Notes: a model not told the origin generated them from the sequence alone. A DNA stretch of 64,000 nucleotides from Rhodothermales bacterium (GCA_028284865.1 JANQQV010000012.1:8886-72885), one strand, 5' to 3'; positions 1 through 8,353 are shown, counted from the stretch's first letter. Numbers and translations are program-made.

Positions 1-62
1 AAGGAATATGGCGGCTACAACGCAGCCTCTCGCGGAATGGTTCGCCGCTCAGGATCGCTTTT

Positions 63-788
63 TCAGGCCCTGTTGAGCTTCTTGGACGCCTTCTCGGAAG
101 CGAGCACGACGACGATTTCTCCACGAACGCGATCCAGCGATTCCACCCATTCCAAAAGCTCGGCCAAAGAACCGCGCCGCATCTCTTCGAACTTCTTGGA
201 GATCTCCCGTGCAACAGCCGCCTGGCGCTCTTCGCCTGCGTGTTCGCTGAGCTGTGTCAGCAGCTTTTTCAGGCGATGAGGGGACTCATACAAGACGACC
301 GTTCGATCCTCCTCAACGAGGGAGGCAATGCGTCCTTGGCGGCCTTTCTTGGCTGGGAGAAAGCCCTCGAATACGTATCGATCTGTTGGCAGACCGCTGG
401 CTGCGAGAGCCGGAATGACCGCCGTGGGACCCGGAAGAGCCGATACCTCTAGATGCGCGTCCAATGCAGCTCGTACCAACAGGTATCCTGGGTCAGAGAT
501 GCCTGGTGTGCCTGCGTCCGAGATCAAGGCCACATCCTGGCCGCTGATCATGGTCTGGACCAGGCGAGAGGCCTTCCCATGTTCATTATGGGCGTGAAAA
601 CTGGTTGTGGGCGTGTTGATTCCGAAGTGGGAAAGCAGCACGCCCGACGTGCGCGTGTCTTCGCACGCGATCAAGGCTACGGATTTGAGGGTCTCGATGG
701 CCCGTTCCGTCATGTCCGACAGATTGCCGATCGGCGTGGGGACCAGGATCAACTGTCCCGGTCGTTCGACCAAGGGTGCGGTGCTCAT
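63..788 (-). CDS. rsmI: 16S rRNA (cytidine1402-2'-O)-methyltransferase RsmI
   Basis: ORF 63..974 trimmed to the ATG at 788 (MSTAPLVERPGQLILVPTPIGNLSDMT). The motifs LVPTPIGN, IACEDTR and SDAGTPGISDPG are typical of RsmI. Its ATG overlaps the upstream stop as ATGA. Confidence 0.85.
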   Translation of the reverse strand: MSTAPLVERPGQLILVPTPIGNLSDMTERAIETLKSVALIACEDTRTSGVLLSHFGINTPTTSFHAHNEHGKASRLVQTMISGQDVALISDAGTPGISDPGYLLVRAALDAHLEVSALPGPTAVIPALAASGLPTDRYVFEGFLPAKKGRQGRIASLVEEDRTVVLYESPHRLKKLLTQLSEHAGEERQAAVAREISKKFEEMRRGSLAELLEWVESLDRVRGEIVVVLASEKASKKLNRA

Positions 789-2293
789 CAGGCAATCTCC
801 GGAGATGAGTCCGATGGAGGGGTGTCGGCATGGTAGCGTTCCGGCGCAATCCAGCGTGTCACGAAACGAGGCAAAGCAGGGGCCGGAATGGTGCGTAGAT
901 CCCTCCAGACTACGAATGTGAGCCAAATGGCTATCAGCCCCGTCACAATGTCGGCGAGCCACATCCCCAGCCACGGTTCGAGCAACCCGCGATCAGCAAA
1001 CTTCTCTCCGTTGGCCAAGGACACCCAGTGGAACATGAAAATGCCAACAGCCATGGCGGCTGCCGTGCCAAGCCCTCCTTTCCGGATGTAGAGGCCGATG
1101 GGAGCGCCGATCATCATGAAAATGAGGCAGGCGATTGCGATCGAATACTTCTTGTGGATCTCGACCCGGTAGCGATCGGCCTGATCACTGGCCCAGATCA
1201 TGTCGCGACGCGTGGTCTCGGCCCGCATACGCGCACTTCGGATGGATCGGACGATGAAATCATTGCGCTCTCGTTCAGCCAGGCTTTGACCGGATCGATC
1301 CTGAAGGTTGCCCGCGTCTGCACCCGCTCGGTTGGGTACTGTCGTCTGAAACGCAATTTGGGCGTCGTCCCTTACCGGAAACCCGATTTCGCGATGGGTG
1401 AGCGCACCCGTTCCCAAATCCGTCAGAATGTCGGTCAGCGTGGACCGTCCGCGATCAACGGTCACTTCCAGCGAGTCCACGAGCGCGATCATTTCACTGG
1501 AAGGCATGGTGCGGTCTGTTCGCCTGCCCTGGGTCGGATCCGTCCGGTTGAAGGTGAGGTCTTCCAGCGAAATCCGCATCAGGTGACGATCGAAGCCAAG
1601 CCGTTCGTAGCGGTCCTGACGGCCGCTGCCTGGAGGGCGCTTGCGATGGACTTCGCCATCGAACAGGACCAGATTGAGGGTATTTCCATCTGTGATGGGC
1701 TCGAGATACCCGCGTGATGCATGGATGTCCGTTCGGAAGCGCGCGCCTTCCGTATAGTCGAAGATCGTGACGTCAATCAGCTCATTGGGCTGATCGGGCG
1801 GAATGTCGCCCACCAGGATGCGGTAATCTTCAATGCCGTCGTAGAACACGCCCGCTTGCAGATCGAATCCCGGTTTTGCGGTCCGGATATCCTGCCACAG
1901 ATTGCGGGCGCGGAAGTTGGCTTCGGGGTGGATGCTCGTGTTGAAGACCCACATCACAGCCGTCAGCAGGATTCCGACTACATACACCGGCCAGACCAAC
2001 TGAGGAAAGGACACGCCCGAACTCTTGATCACCACGTACGCGTTTGATTCGGCGAGTCGTCCGAACGCCATCAAGGTGGCAATCAGCGCGGCCATCGGAA
2101 CGGCCAGCACAAGCATGTAAGCAAGATTGTAGAGAATCAATTCGCCGATCACAGGGAACGGCAGTCCTTTTCCGACCAGCTGGGGGAGATACTTGATGAG
2201 GAACTGCATCACCAGGAGGAACAGCAGCACGATCAACCAGGCCGCAAACGGGCCTGGCAGCATGCGCAGGATCATCCGGTGAAACTGTTTCAT
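788..2293 (-). CDS. LptF/LptG-family (YjgP/YjgQ) permease
   Basis: ORF 788..2653 trimmed to the ATG at 2293 (MKQFHRMILRMLPGPFAAWLIVLLFLLVMQF). It has N-terminal TM helices, a long soluble insert and C-terminal TM helices (KKYSIAIACLIFMMIGAPIGLYIRKGG), as in YjgP/YjgQ permeases. Confidence 0.75.
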   Translation of the reverse strand: MKQFHRMILRMLPGPFAAWLIVLLFLLVMQFLIKYLPQLVGKGLPFPVIGELILYNLAYMLVLAVPMAALIATLMAFGRLAESNAYVVIKSSGVSFPQLVWPVYVVGILLTAVMWVFNTSIHPEANFRARNLWQDIRTAKPGFDLQAGVFYDGIEDYRILVGDIPPDQPNELIDVTIFDYTEGARFRTDIHASRGYLEPITDGNTLNLVLFDGEVHRKRPPGSGRQDRYERLGFDRHLMRISLEDLTFNRTDPTQGRRTDRTMPSSEMIALVDSLEVTVDRGRSTLTDILTDLGTGALTHREIGFPVRDDAQIAFQTTVPNRAGADAGNLQDRSGQSLAERERNDFIVRSIRSARMRAETTRRDMIWASDQADRYRVEIHKKYSIAIACLIFMMIGAPIGLYIRKGGLGTAAAMAVGIFMFHWVSLANGEKFADRGLLEPWLGMWLADIVTGLIAIWLTFVVWRDLRTIPAPALPRFVTRWIAPERYHADTPPSDSSPEIA

Positions 2294-2410
2294 GGTCGGT
2301 GCGTGGCAGAAAGCGCCTTGTTCGAGTCCAGGATCCGCCTGTCCGGCAAGGTCAAGCAGCGACCCCAAGGTACCGCCCAACAGCAATACGAAGCGAGACA
2401 GCGTGCTTTC

Positions 2411-3061
2411 ATGACCATAACACCTTTCACCTTCAATCCGTTCTCCACCAACTGTTATCTGGTTGAAAGCGCTGGCGAATTGGTCGTGGTGGATCCCTCG
2501 AATCAGTCCGAAGAAGAGCACAAGCGATTGATCGAGGAGATCGAGGGTCGGGAGGCCACGCTGAAGCGGATCCTGCTCACGCACGCCCACATCGATCACA
2601 TTTTTGGATGTGCCCGTCTCAGCGATCACTTCAACGTCGGGATCGAGGTCCACGCCTCAGAACGCGTTCTGCTGCAGCGCGGCGAAGTGCAGGCCTCCAT
2701 GTTCGGGGTCGAGCTGGAATCACCGCCCGAGCCAGTAGCCACCATTGAGCCTGGATCGTCGATCACGTTCGGAGACGTGGTGTGGGACGTTCTCCACACC
2801 CCCGGGCATTCTCCGGGCTCGGTCAGCTTTGTCGATCACGATGCCCGCTTGGTCATTGCCGGTGATGTCCTGTTCGCCGGCTCGATCGGTCGCACCGATT
2901 TGTGGCAAGGGTCCCTGCCGGTACTCATGGAGTCGATTTTCAGCCAGCTCGTTCCGCTCGGGGATGATTTCCGCGTGCTACCCGGTCATGGACCGGAGAC
3001 GACCATGGGCAGGGAGCGTACCAGCAACCCGTTTCTGGTCGGGCACGCGCCGATTGGCTGA
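2411..3061 (+). CDS. MBL-fold metallo-hydrolase (glyoxalase-II-like)
   Basis: ORF trimmed to the ATG at 2411 (MTITPFTFNPFSTNCYLV). It carries the HxHxDH motif (THAHIDHIFG) and a later HTPGHSPGS motif, and is about 216 aa long. Confidence 0.8.
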   Translation: MTITPFTFNPFSTNCYLVESAGELVVVDPSNQSEEEHKRLIEEIEGREATLKRILLTHAHIDHIFGCARLSDHFNVGIEVHASERVLLQRGEVQASMFGVELESPPEPVATIEPGSSITFGDVVWDVLHTPGHSPGSVSFVDHDARLVIAGDVLFAGSIGRTDLWQGSLPVLMESIFSQLVPLGDDFRVLPGHGPETTMGRERTSNPFLVGHAPIG

Positions 3062-3126
3062 GTCCTGGAACTGGAAAAGAGGCCCCGGTTCAACCCTCGA
3101 ACCAGGCACGCACCTCGGCCGAGCTT

Positions 3127-4191
3127 CTAGAGCTGCGTGTGCGGCGACGTGGCCGGAAGCGACGTCTCAAGAAGGAGCATGATGGAGTGATAAACCAATT
3201 CACCCATGGAGTCGCACTGCTTGAAGCGATCATCCTGATAATGCTTCGCCAGTTGCTTCCCGAGGCGATGGATGTTCTCGTCTGTCGAGATGATATCCTC
3301 GCGCATGACCTCCATCAGTGCGTCGAATCGCCCGTGGGACACACGGACCCGATTGGCGATCAGGCTTCGCTCCTCCTTCTGATACTGCAGCACGTTTTCC
3401 GGAGCGAGGTTCTCCATGGTCAGCCGCAGGAAGGGCTCATTCTGATGAAAGAATTGGGGCAGGTAGGTCTCTTTGCGCCAGTGGTGACTCTGTTGGTCGA
3501 AGTCGATCGAGTGGATTCTGAAATGCCACTTCTCGAAGTCCCGCGTGAGCTCTACGACGAAGTTGCCTGAATGCATGTCGCCCAGAAGCGAGACGAAGCA
3601 CCGTTCGTTGAACTTGACGAATTCCTTGGCCAATCTCACCCGGTCAAAATCGGTGATGGGGAGGTTTTCCCTCAAGAAAGCATCGGCCGGAATCCCGATG
3701 ACGTGTTCTTCGACGATGGTCTTACGGTGGATGAAGTAGTTGACGCGGTTTGGCCCGAGGATGTGATCCAGTTCGAGTCCGTAGATCCGGTTGGCGTCGA
3801 TCTTCTTGACGTAGAAGTAGTCGAAGTTCTCGTTGATCTGGTTGACCACGCGCACCCGGAAGGGGAGCGTATTTCCGTGGTTGCACTGATCGACGCGATC
3901 AATGAATAAGTGGTTGGTGATGGACGTGTCGCCGTCGGCCTTCAGGATTGCGTACGCCGCCAGCAGCTTGTCGTGGATTTCATTCCGCTCCATCTCAGGA
4001 TACAGGACCGTCGACCAGAGCGTGTCGGCGCCTTTCTCGTCATAGACCGGGACTGATGTGCTGAATCGCAGCAGATCGTCATAACGAATGGAATCGGCCC
4101 AGATTCGACCGTAGCGGGAGAGATAGGTCCGCAGGAAATCGCTGACCGGATACAGGTCCTTCTTCCGGCTGATGAGATGGGTTTCGCCCAT
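3127..4191 (-). CDS. hypothetical protein with protein-kinase-like catalytic motifs
   Basis: Clean 354-aa ORF. It contains LLGDMHSGNFVV (D-x-H-x-G-N catalytic-loop pattern) followed by HSIDFDQ (DFx metal-binding pattern). I could not name a family. Confidence 0.55.
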   Translation of the reverse strand: MGETHLISRKKDLYPVSDFLRTYLSRYGRIWADSIRYDDLLRFSTSVPVYDEKGADTLWSTVLYPEMERNEIHDKLLAAYAILKADGDTSITNHLFIDRVDQCNHGNTLPFRVRVVNQINENFDYFYVKKIDANRIYGLELDHILGPNRVNYFIHRKTIVEEHVIGIPADAFLRENLPITDFDRVRLAKEFVKFNERCFVSLLGDMHSGNFVVELTRDFEKWHFRIHSIDFDQQSHHWRKETYLPQFFHQNEPFLRLTMENLAPENVLQYQKEERSLIANRVRVSHGRFDALMEVMREDIISTDENIHRLGKQLAKHYQDDRFKQCDSMGELVYHSIMLLLETSLPATSPHTQL

Positions 4192-4203
4192 GTCGGCTCG
4201 CTT

Positions 4204-4251
4204 CAGGCTGATGCAACGCGTGAGGAGTCACGAACGGATCAGCCTGTTTTT
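4204..4251. other. 9-bp inverted repeat (CAGGCTGAT/ATCAGCCTG) enclosing an inner CGTGA/TCACG hairpin, followed by TTTTT on the + strand
   Basis: Read directly in the 82-nt spacer between bshA and the kinase-like gene. Both genes are on the - strand, so the T-run is on the strand opposite to them. Confidence 0.3.
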
Positions 4252-4273
4252 CTGATCGGATAGATGTGCCTGA

Positions 4274-5416
4274 TCAGACAGAAACGGCCGAGCGCTCCAT
4301 GACCTGCTTATAATACGACTCGTAGTGCGGCACGATACGCGAGGTATCGAACTCCTTGACCGCCCGGAGGCGGGATGCGGCAGACAGGCGTGCATGGAGA
4401 TCCGGGTCGCTCAACAACTGGTGAGCGGCTTCGGTGTAGGCGTCGATATCACCGAGTTCGCAGAGGAAGCCGGTTTCGCCATCGAGGACCAATTCGGGCA
4501 ACCCACCGATCCGACTGGCAATCACAGGTACGCCACAGGCCATGGCTTCGAGCGCGGCCAAACCAAAGGTCTCAGAGCCAGAGGGCATCATGAAAATGTC
4601 TGCAATCGACAGAATCTCCTCTACCGGCTCCTGCTTTCCGAGGAATCGAACGTCATCGTAGACGCCCAACTCTCTGGCGCGGTGTTCGGCCGACGCACGG
4701 TCCGGGCCATCTCCTACGAGCAACAATTTCAGTCCATGCCCGCGCTCCTGCAGACGGTGGAATACGTCAACGACTTCGGTGGCACGCTTGACCGGACGGA
4801 AGTTGGATACGTGGACCAGCAGCTTTTCGCCATTCGGGCAGATGGCCTGCTTGAAGTGCTCTCTGGGCAAGCGTTTGAAGCGTTCGGTATCGATGAAGTT
4901 GGGAATGACTTCGATGTCGGTATCGATATCGTATTGGAGCGTCTCGTCCCGCAGGTATTCGGATACGGCTGTTACGCCGTCGGACTCGTTGATGGAGTAG
5001 TTGACGACGGGAGCAAACGAGGGGTCTTGCCCAACGATCGTGATATCCGTGCCATGCAGCGTCGTCACAATCGGGATGCGAATGCCCTCTTTCTCCAGGA
5101 TCTGGCGAGCCAACAGCGCGCTGGTGGCGTGCGGGATGGCATAGTGCATGTGCAGGATGTCGAGCTCCTCGTACTTGACCGTGTCAACGATCTTGGAGGT
5201 CAGATTGAGCGTGTACGGAGGGTACTCAAAGAGGGGGTAGGCATTCACGTTCACCTCGTGGAAGCGGATGTTCTCCGCAATGTGGCCCAACCTGAAGGGC
5301 ATCGAGTAGGTGATGAAATGAATACAGTGCCCTTTGGCGGCAAGCGCCTTACCCAGCTCTGTTGCAACTACGCCACTGCCTCCATAGACAGGATAGCAGG
5401 TGATTCCGATTTTCAT
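4274..5416 (-). CDS. bshA: N-acetyl-alpha-D-glucosaminyl L-malate synthase BshA (bacillithiol biosynthesis glycosyltransferase)
   Basis: The N-terminus MKIGITCYPVYGGSGVVATELGKALAAKGH is characteristic of BshA. The C-terminal half (PSGSETFGLAALEAMACGVPVIASRIGGLPE) is GT4-like. Confidence 0.85.
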   Translation of the reverse strand: MKIGITCYPVYGGSGVVATELGKALAAKGHCIHFITYSMPFRLGHIAENIRFHEVNVNAYPLFEYPPYTLNLTSKIVDTVKYEELDILHMHYAIPHATSALLARQILEKEGIRIPIVTTLHGTDITIVGQDPSFAPVVNYSINESDGVTAVSEYLRDETLQYDIDTDIEVIPNFIDTERFKRLPREHFKQAICPNGEKLLVHVSNFRPVKRATEVVDVFHRLQERGHGLKLLLVGDGPDRASAEHRARELGVYDDVRFLGKQEPVEEILSIADIFMMPSGSETFGLAALEAMACGVPVIASRIGGLPELVLDGETGFLCELGDIDAYTEAAHQLLSDPDLHARLSAASRLRAVKEFDTSRIVPHYESYYKQVMERSAVSV

Positions 5417-5656
5417 GGGCGGGTTCTGGACTGGGTCAGGTTTCAGGGCTCAACTCCGCGTTCTCGGTGATGTTGCACACGGGAAGCGTTACGAAGTGCT
5501 CGGTTGTTTGTGCGAACACGCATCAGACGCATTGCGGATGATGAACATGCCCGTAATTGGAACCCAGGCATATGGATATGTACCGCTGGATACCAATTCG
5601 CACCTCACTGCGGCTTATTTTTCAACCATCTATCAGTCATTCAATCGAGTTCTTCC

Positions 5657-6283
5657 ATGCAAGTACGTAGAAGCGCCCCGATCACGGCCCTCATGGTAAT
5701 GGCACTGGCCATCATCACGTTCCTTCCGGGCAAAGCCCAGGCCCAGCTCGGCGTAGCAGCCGGACTGAACTTTGAACAACTGAGTGACATCTCCGGAAGC
5801 CGTTCGGCTACCTACGACAATGCCTCCGGATACCACTTTGGCGTCTTTTTCGATACCGGTTCCAGTCCGATCGCTCTCCGCATCGGAGCCTACTATCGGG
5901 ATATGGGCGACGTGGAGTTTGACCTGGGCGAGTTCAGCGAGCTGTTCGACCTCAGCCTCCTTGACGTTGCTGCCGATGTCCGCTTCAACCTGCTCCCGAC
6001 GCCGGTCATTCGACCGTTCGTATCGGCAGGACCAGTGGTTTCGTTCCCATCCTCGTCCAATGACGATTACCTGGAGTCCCTGGAGACAGCTACCGTCTCC
6101 GGCAATGTTGGAGCCGGCCTGGCCTTCTCCTTGGGCGGCCTGATGCTGACGCCTGAACTGCGCTATTCGATCGGTGTCTCGCGTTTCATGAAAGATGAGT
6201 TCACCATCCGGGGCGTCGCATTCGAAACCGACGACGTTCACCGGGCGAACTCAGTCATGCTTCGTCTGGGAGTGATCTTCTAG
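5657..6283 (+). CDS. small outer-membrane beta-barrel protein
   Basis: ORF trimmed to the ATG at 5657. It has a signal peptide (MQVRRSAPITALMVMALAIITFLPGKAQAQ), alternating beta-strand pattern and a C-terminal LRLGVIF ending in Phe. Confidence 0.65.
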   Translation: MQVRRSAPITALMVMALAIITFLPGKAQAQLGVAAGLNFEQLSDISGSRSATYDNASGYHFGVFFDTGSSPIALRIGAYYRDMGDVEFDLGEFSELFDLSLLDVAADVRFNLLPTPVIRPFVSAGPVVSFPSSSNDDYLESLETATVSGNVGAGLAFSLGGLMLTPELRYSIGVSRFMKDEFTIRGVAFETDDVHRANSVMLRLGVIF

Positions 6284-6298
6284 AGGAGTGTTCCTCTA
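6281..6298. terminator. 7-bp palindrome TAGAGGA-gtgt-TCCTCTA containing the stop codons of both convergent genes
   Basis: Read directly. There is no T-run, so its role as a terminator is uncertain. Confidence 0.3.
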
Positions 6299-6910
6299 GG
6301 GCAGCAGGTCTTCTGGAACCATCTTTCCTCGTACCAATGCCTCCAGGGCAATGGCTGGATAGATATGGTCGTTGATGAAGTCGATCAGACGATCGGCGAC
6401 GGACTGGATCTGTCCTTTCAATTCCGCGTCGCTCAGGACACCGTCTTCGTCGAATGCGGTCCGAACGTTGGCAACGGACACAGGACCCGGTAGCACAATG
6501 CTGCCCACGTGGGAAGCCACGCTTCTCAGGTGTTCCAGCGCCTTGATGGCTCCAATACGGCCGCCCGCTACTCCCAGTAGAGCTACTGGCTTGCCTTTCA
6601 GGGCAGATGGAAACCCAAGGTTGTCGATGATCAGCTTGATCGTGCTCGAATAGCTTCCATGGTATTCGGGCGTGGTCAGGATGACCCCGTCGGCCTCCTT
6701 GATCGTGGCCTGGATTGATCTCGCATCTGCCGTGGACCCAAGTCCGGGAAGGCGCAGGTCGAGCCCCGTGGGGTCGATCACGTCGAAGATCACATTGTCA
6801 CGTTCTTGTAGGTACTCGCGGACGACGTCGACAACACGGGCCGTGTTGCTGGAAGACTGGACACTTCCAAGTACGGCAACCAGGCGGAGCGGACGATCAA
6901 GAGGGGACAT
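6296..6910 (-). CDS. NAD(P)H-dependent FMN reductase family oxidoreductase
   Basis: LRLVAVLGSVQSSSNTARV followed by ILTTPEYHGSYSSTIKLIIDNLG is the flavodoxin-like FMN reductase pattern. Confidence 0.8.
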   Translation of the reverse strand: MSPLDRPLRLVAVLGSVQSSSNTARVVDVVREYLQERDNVIFDVIDPTGLDLRLPGLGSTADARSIQATIKEADGVILTTPEYHGSYSSTIKLIIDNLGFPSALKGKPVALLGVAGGRIGAIKALEHLRSVASHVGSIVLPGPVSVANVRTAFDEDGVLSDAELKGQIQSVADRLIDFINDHIYPAIALEALVRGKMVPEDLLP

Positions 6911-6968
6911 GGGACGAGTCGGATGATGAGCGAACTGGTGCTGCGTTCACCCGTCGTCGGGATCGTTA

Positions 6969-7004
6969 CCGCGTGTGCCGCCGCGTGTGTCGCCGTGTGT
7001 GCCG
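6969..7004. repeat. 3 x 12-nt tandem repeat (CCGCGTGTGCCG / CCGCGTGTGTCG / CCGTGTGTGCCG)
   Basis: Read directly in the divergent intergenic region, 59-94 nt from the FMN reductase start. Confidence 0.8.
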
Positions 7005-7165
7005 ATCAGCCTCGGGAGTGTCGCTGACAGGTCAATGTCCATGGCGATTTGCTGTCCCGGGTACATGTGAAGATTGACCCCGCCCGCCAAAGACGCGAAT
7101 CTTTTTGATTCAGGGCCGTATCATGGCGTATTCCACCCGGAAGCCCGTGCCTGAAAGTCATTGAT

Positions 7166-7197
7166 AGCCGACCGGAGAACACCGGCCGGCTTTTTTT
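7166..7197 (+). terminator. orphan rho-independent terminator-like hairpin upstream of the RRM gene
   Basis: AGCCGACCGG-agaaca-CCGGCCGGCT forms 9 bp with 1 mismatch and runs into seven T residues. No + strand CDS ends upstream of it. The RRM gene starts 75 nt downstream. Confidence 0.6.
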
Positions 7198-7271
7198 AAT
7201 GGTTAATCACGAGATCCGAGTGGCTGGACTTTCTAAGCAATTGAACTGGCGCGCAGCGCCTTACCAACGGT

Positions 7272-7598
7272 ATGAAGAACTTATTTGTCGGAAACCTCCC
7301 TTGGAGCGTAGACGACCAGAAACTCGAGAGCATTTTTGCAGAGTATGGCGACGTGCTCTCAGCTAAAGTCATCCTGGATCGCGACACGGGTCGCTCCCGC
7401 GGATTCGGTTTTGTTGAAATGGAAGATGATGCTGCCGATGCAGCCATCAACGCCCTCAACGAGGCTGAAGTCGACGGACGCAACATCCGCGTCAACGAAG
7501 CTCAGGAACGTCCTCGTCGCGGTGGCGGCGGTGGTGGACATCGCGGCGGTGGCGGCGGTGGATACCGCGGTGGCGGCGGCGGTGGAAACCGTTGGTAA
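7272..7598 (+). CDS. RRM-domain RNA-binding protein with Gly/Arg-rich tail
   Basis: It has RNP2 (LFVGNL) and RNP1 (RGFGFVEM) motifs. The tail is RRGGGGGGHRGGGGGGYRGGGGGGNRW. Confidence 0.9.
   Translation: MKNLFVGNLPWSVDDQKLESIFAEYGDVLSAKVILDRDTGRSRGFGFVEMEDDAADAAINALNEAEVDGRNIRVNEAQERPRRGGGGGGHRGGGGGGYRGGGGGGNRW
7518..7589 (+). repeat. 3 x 24-nt tandem coding repeat (RGGGGGG-H/Y/N)
   Basis: The units CGCGGTGGCGGCGGTGGTGGACAT, CGCGGCGGTGGCGGCGGTGGATAC and CGCGGTGGCGGCGGCGGTGGAAAC were read directly. Confidence 0.85.
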
Positions 7599-7621
7599 TC
7601 GCGCCTGACTGAATGTGAAAA

Positions 7622-7654
7622 GGGCGCCGGTGCGAATGCACCGGCGCCCTTTTT
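7622..7654. terminator. bidirectional rho-independent terminator
   Basis: GGGCGCCGGTGC-gaat-GCACCGGCGCCC is a 12-bp stem flanked by AAAA upstream and TTTTT downstream. It lies between the convergent RRM gene and the cell-wall hydrolase gene. Confidence 0.85.
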
Positions 7655-7690
7655 CTGTTTCAGGCCTTTAGTACCGCAGGTGGCAGTACG

Positions 7691-8353
7691 TCAGGAAATG
7701 TCTTCGTAGAAGCGGAAGCGTCGTTCGTCCACCTGTACGGAGTGGTAACCGATCTCAACCGGTGCAACACCGTGTGCCCAGGAAGGGGCTGCTGTGCCCG
7801 ACATGGAGCGCTGGCTGTAGAAGTGCCGCGTTTCTGCCGAGAAGGGACGGTGACGGGGGTCAGCATTCCGAACCGTGTGCGCGATGCGCAACGCGGTTTG
7901 CCAGCCCGGCACTCGGGAGTGAACGTTCAGGCCGGAGTAGAAGACCCCTTTCTCGCTTCCGGGGCGGAAGGCTGAGAATTGCCAGGGATCGAGAACGACA
8001 CCTTCGTAGCTGCTGCGTCCGCGGTACCGGGTGTCTACCCGGTTGCGAACGACCCAGGCTACGAGGGCCTGTTCATCCGGTCGCTTCGTTTCGGAAAAGA
8101 TCACCCGGGCAAGCCACAGCGTTTCGGAGTCAATATGCTCCGGAGCAATGGGCTCGAATTTGCGGGGATCCTGGAGAGCTTCTTCAATCGGAGTCAGTCG
8201 GGGGCCGGGCACCACTACGGGGTGCGCCGTGAGCAGACTGTCAGCAGAGACAGTAGAGGGGCCGCCGAAGAGTTCGTGTTCGTACGCAATCACGCCTGAA
8301 GAGCCAACTACGATCGCGGCAACGATGCCGGCCGTGTACAGCCTCATTTTCAT
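7691..8353 (-). CDS. secreted cell-wall hydrolase (SleB/Hydrolase_2-like domain)
   Basis: It has an N-terminal signal/TM segment. LARVIFSETKRPDEQALVAWVVRNRV followed by PWQFSAF matches the cell-wall hydrolase domain pattern. Confidence 0.6.
   Translation of the reverse strand: MKMRLYTAGIVAAIVVGSSGVIAYEHELFGGPSTVSADSLLTAHPVVVPGPRLTPIEEALQDPRKFEPIAPEHIDSETLWLARVIFSETKRPDEQALVAWVVRNRVDTRYRGRSSYEGVVLDPWQFSAFRPGSEKGVFYSGLNVHSRVPGWQTALRIAHTVRNADPRHRPFSAETRHFYSQRSMSGTAAPSWAHGVAPVEIGYHSVQVDERRFRFYEDIS

Noticed and set aside
788-2653. Longest-ORF N-terminal extensions (also 63-974, 2279-3061, 9929-11014, 22250-23392, 28792-31140, 42230-42964, 43871-45460, 60575-60916)
   Set aside because: The extensions overlap neighbouring genes or promoters, translate as low-complexity sequence and precede the conserved family N-termini. 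Internal ATG or GTG starts were used instead, and this is flagged in the evidence for each feature.
4325-5470. 381-aa ORF on the + strand
   Set aside because: It is fully antisense to bshA, which has a clear family signature. The translation is Arg/Gly/Val-rich with no motifs. It is a typical shadow ORF of a GC-rich gene.
6715-7077. 120-aa + strand ORF that could have explained the orphan terminator at 7166-7197
   Set aside because: Its first two-thirds are antisense to the FMN reductase CDS. The translation is Arg/Gly/Cys-rich junk driven by the CGTGTG repeats. It ends 89 nt before the terminator.
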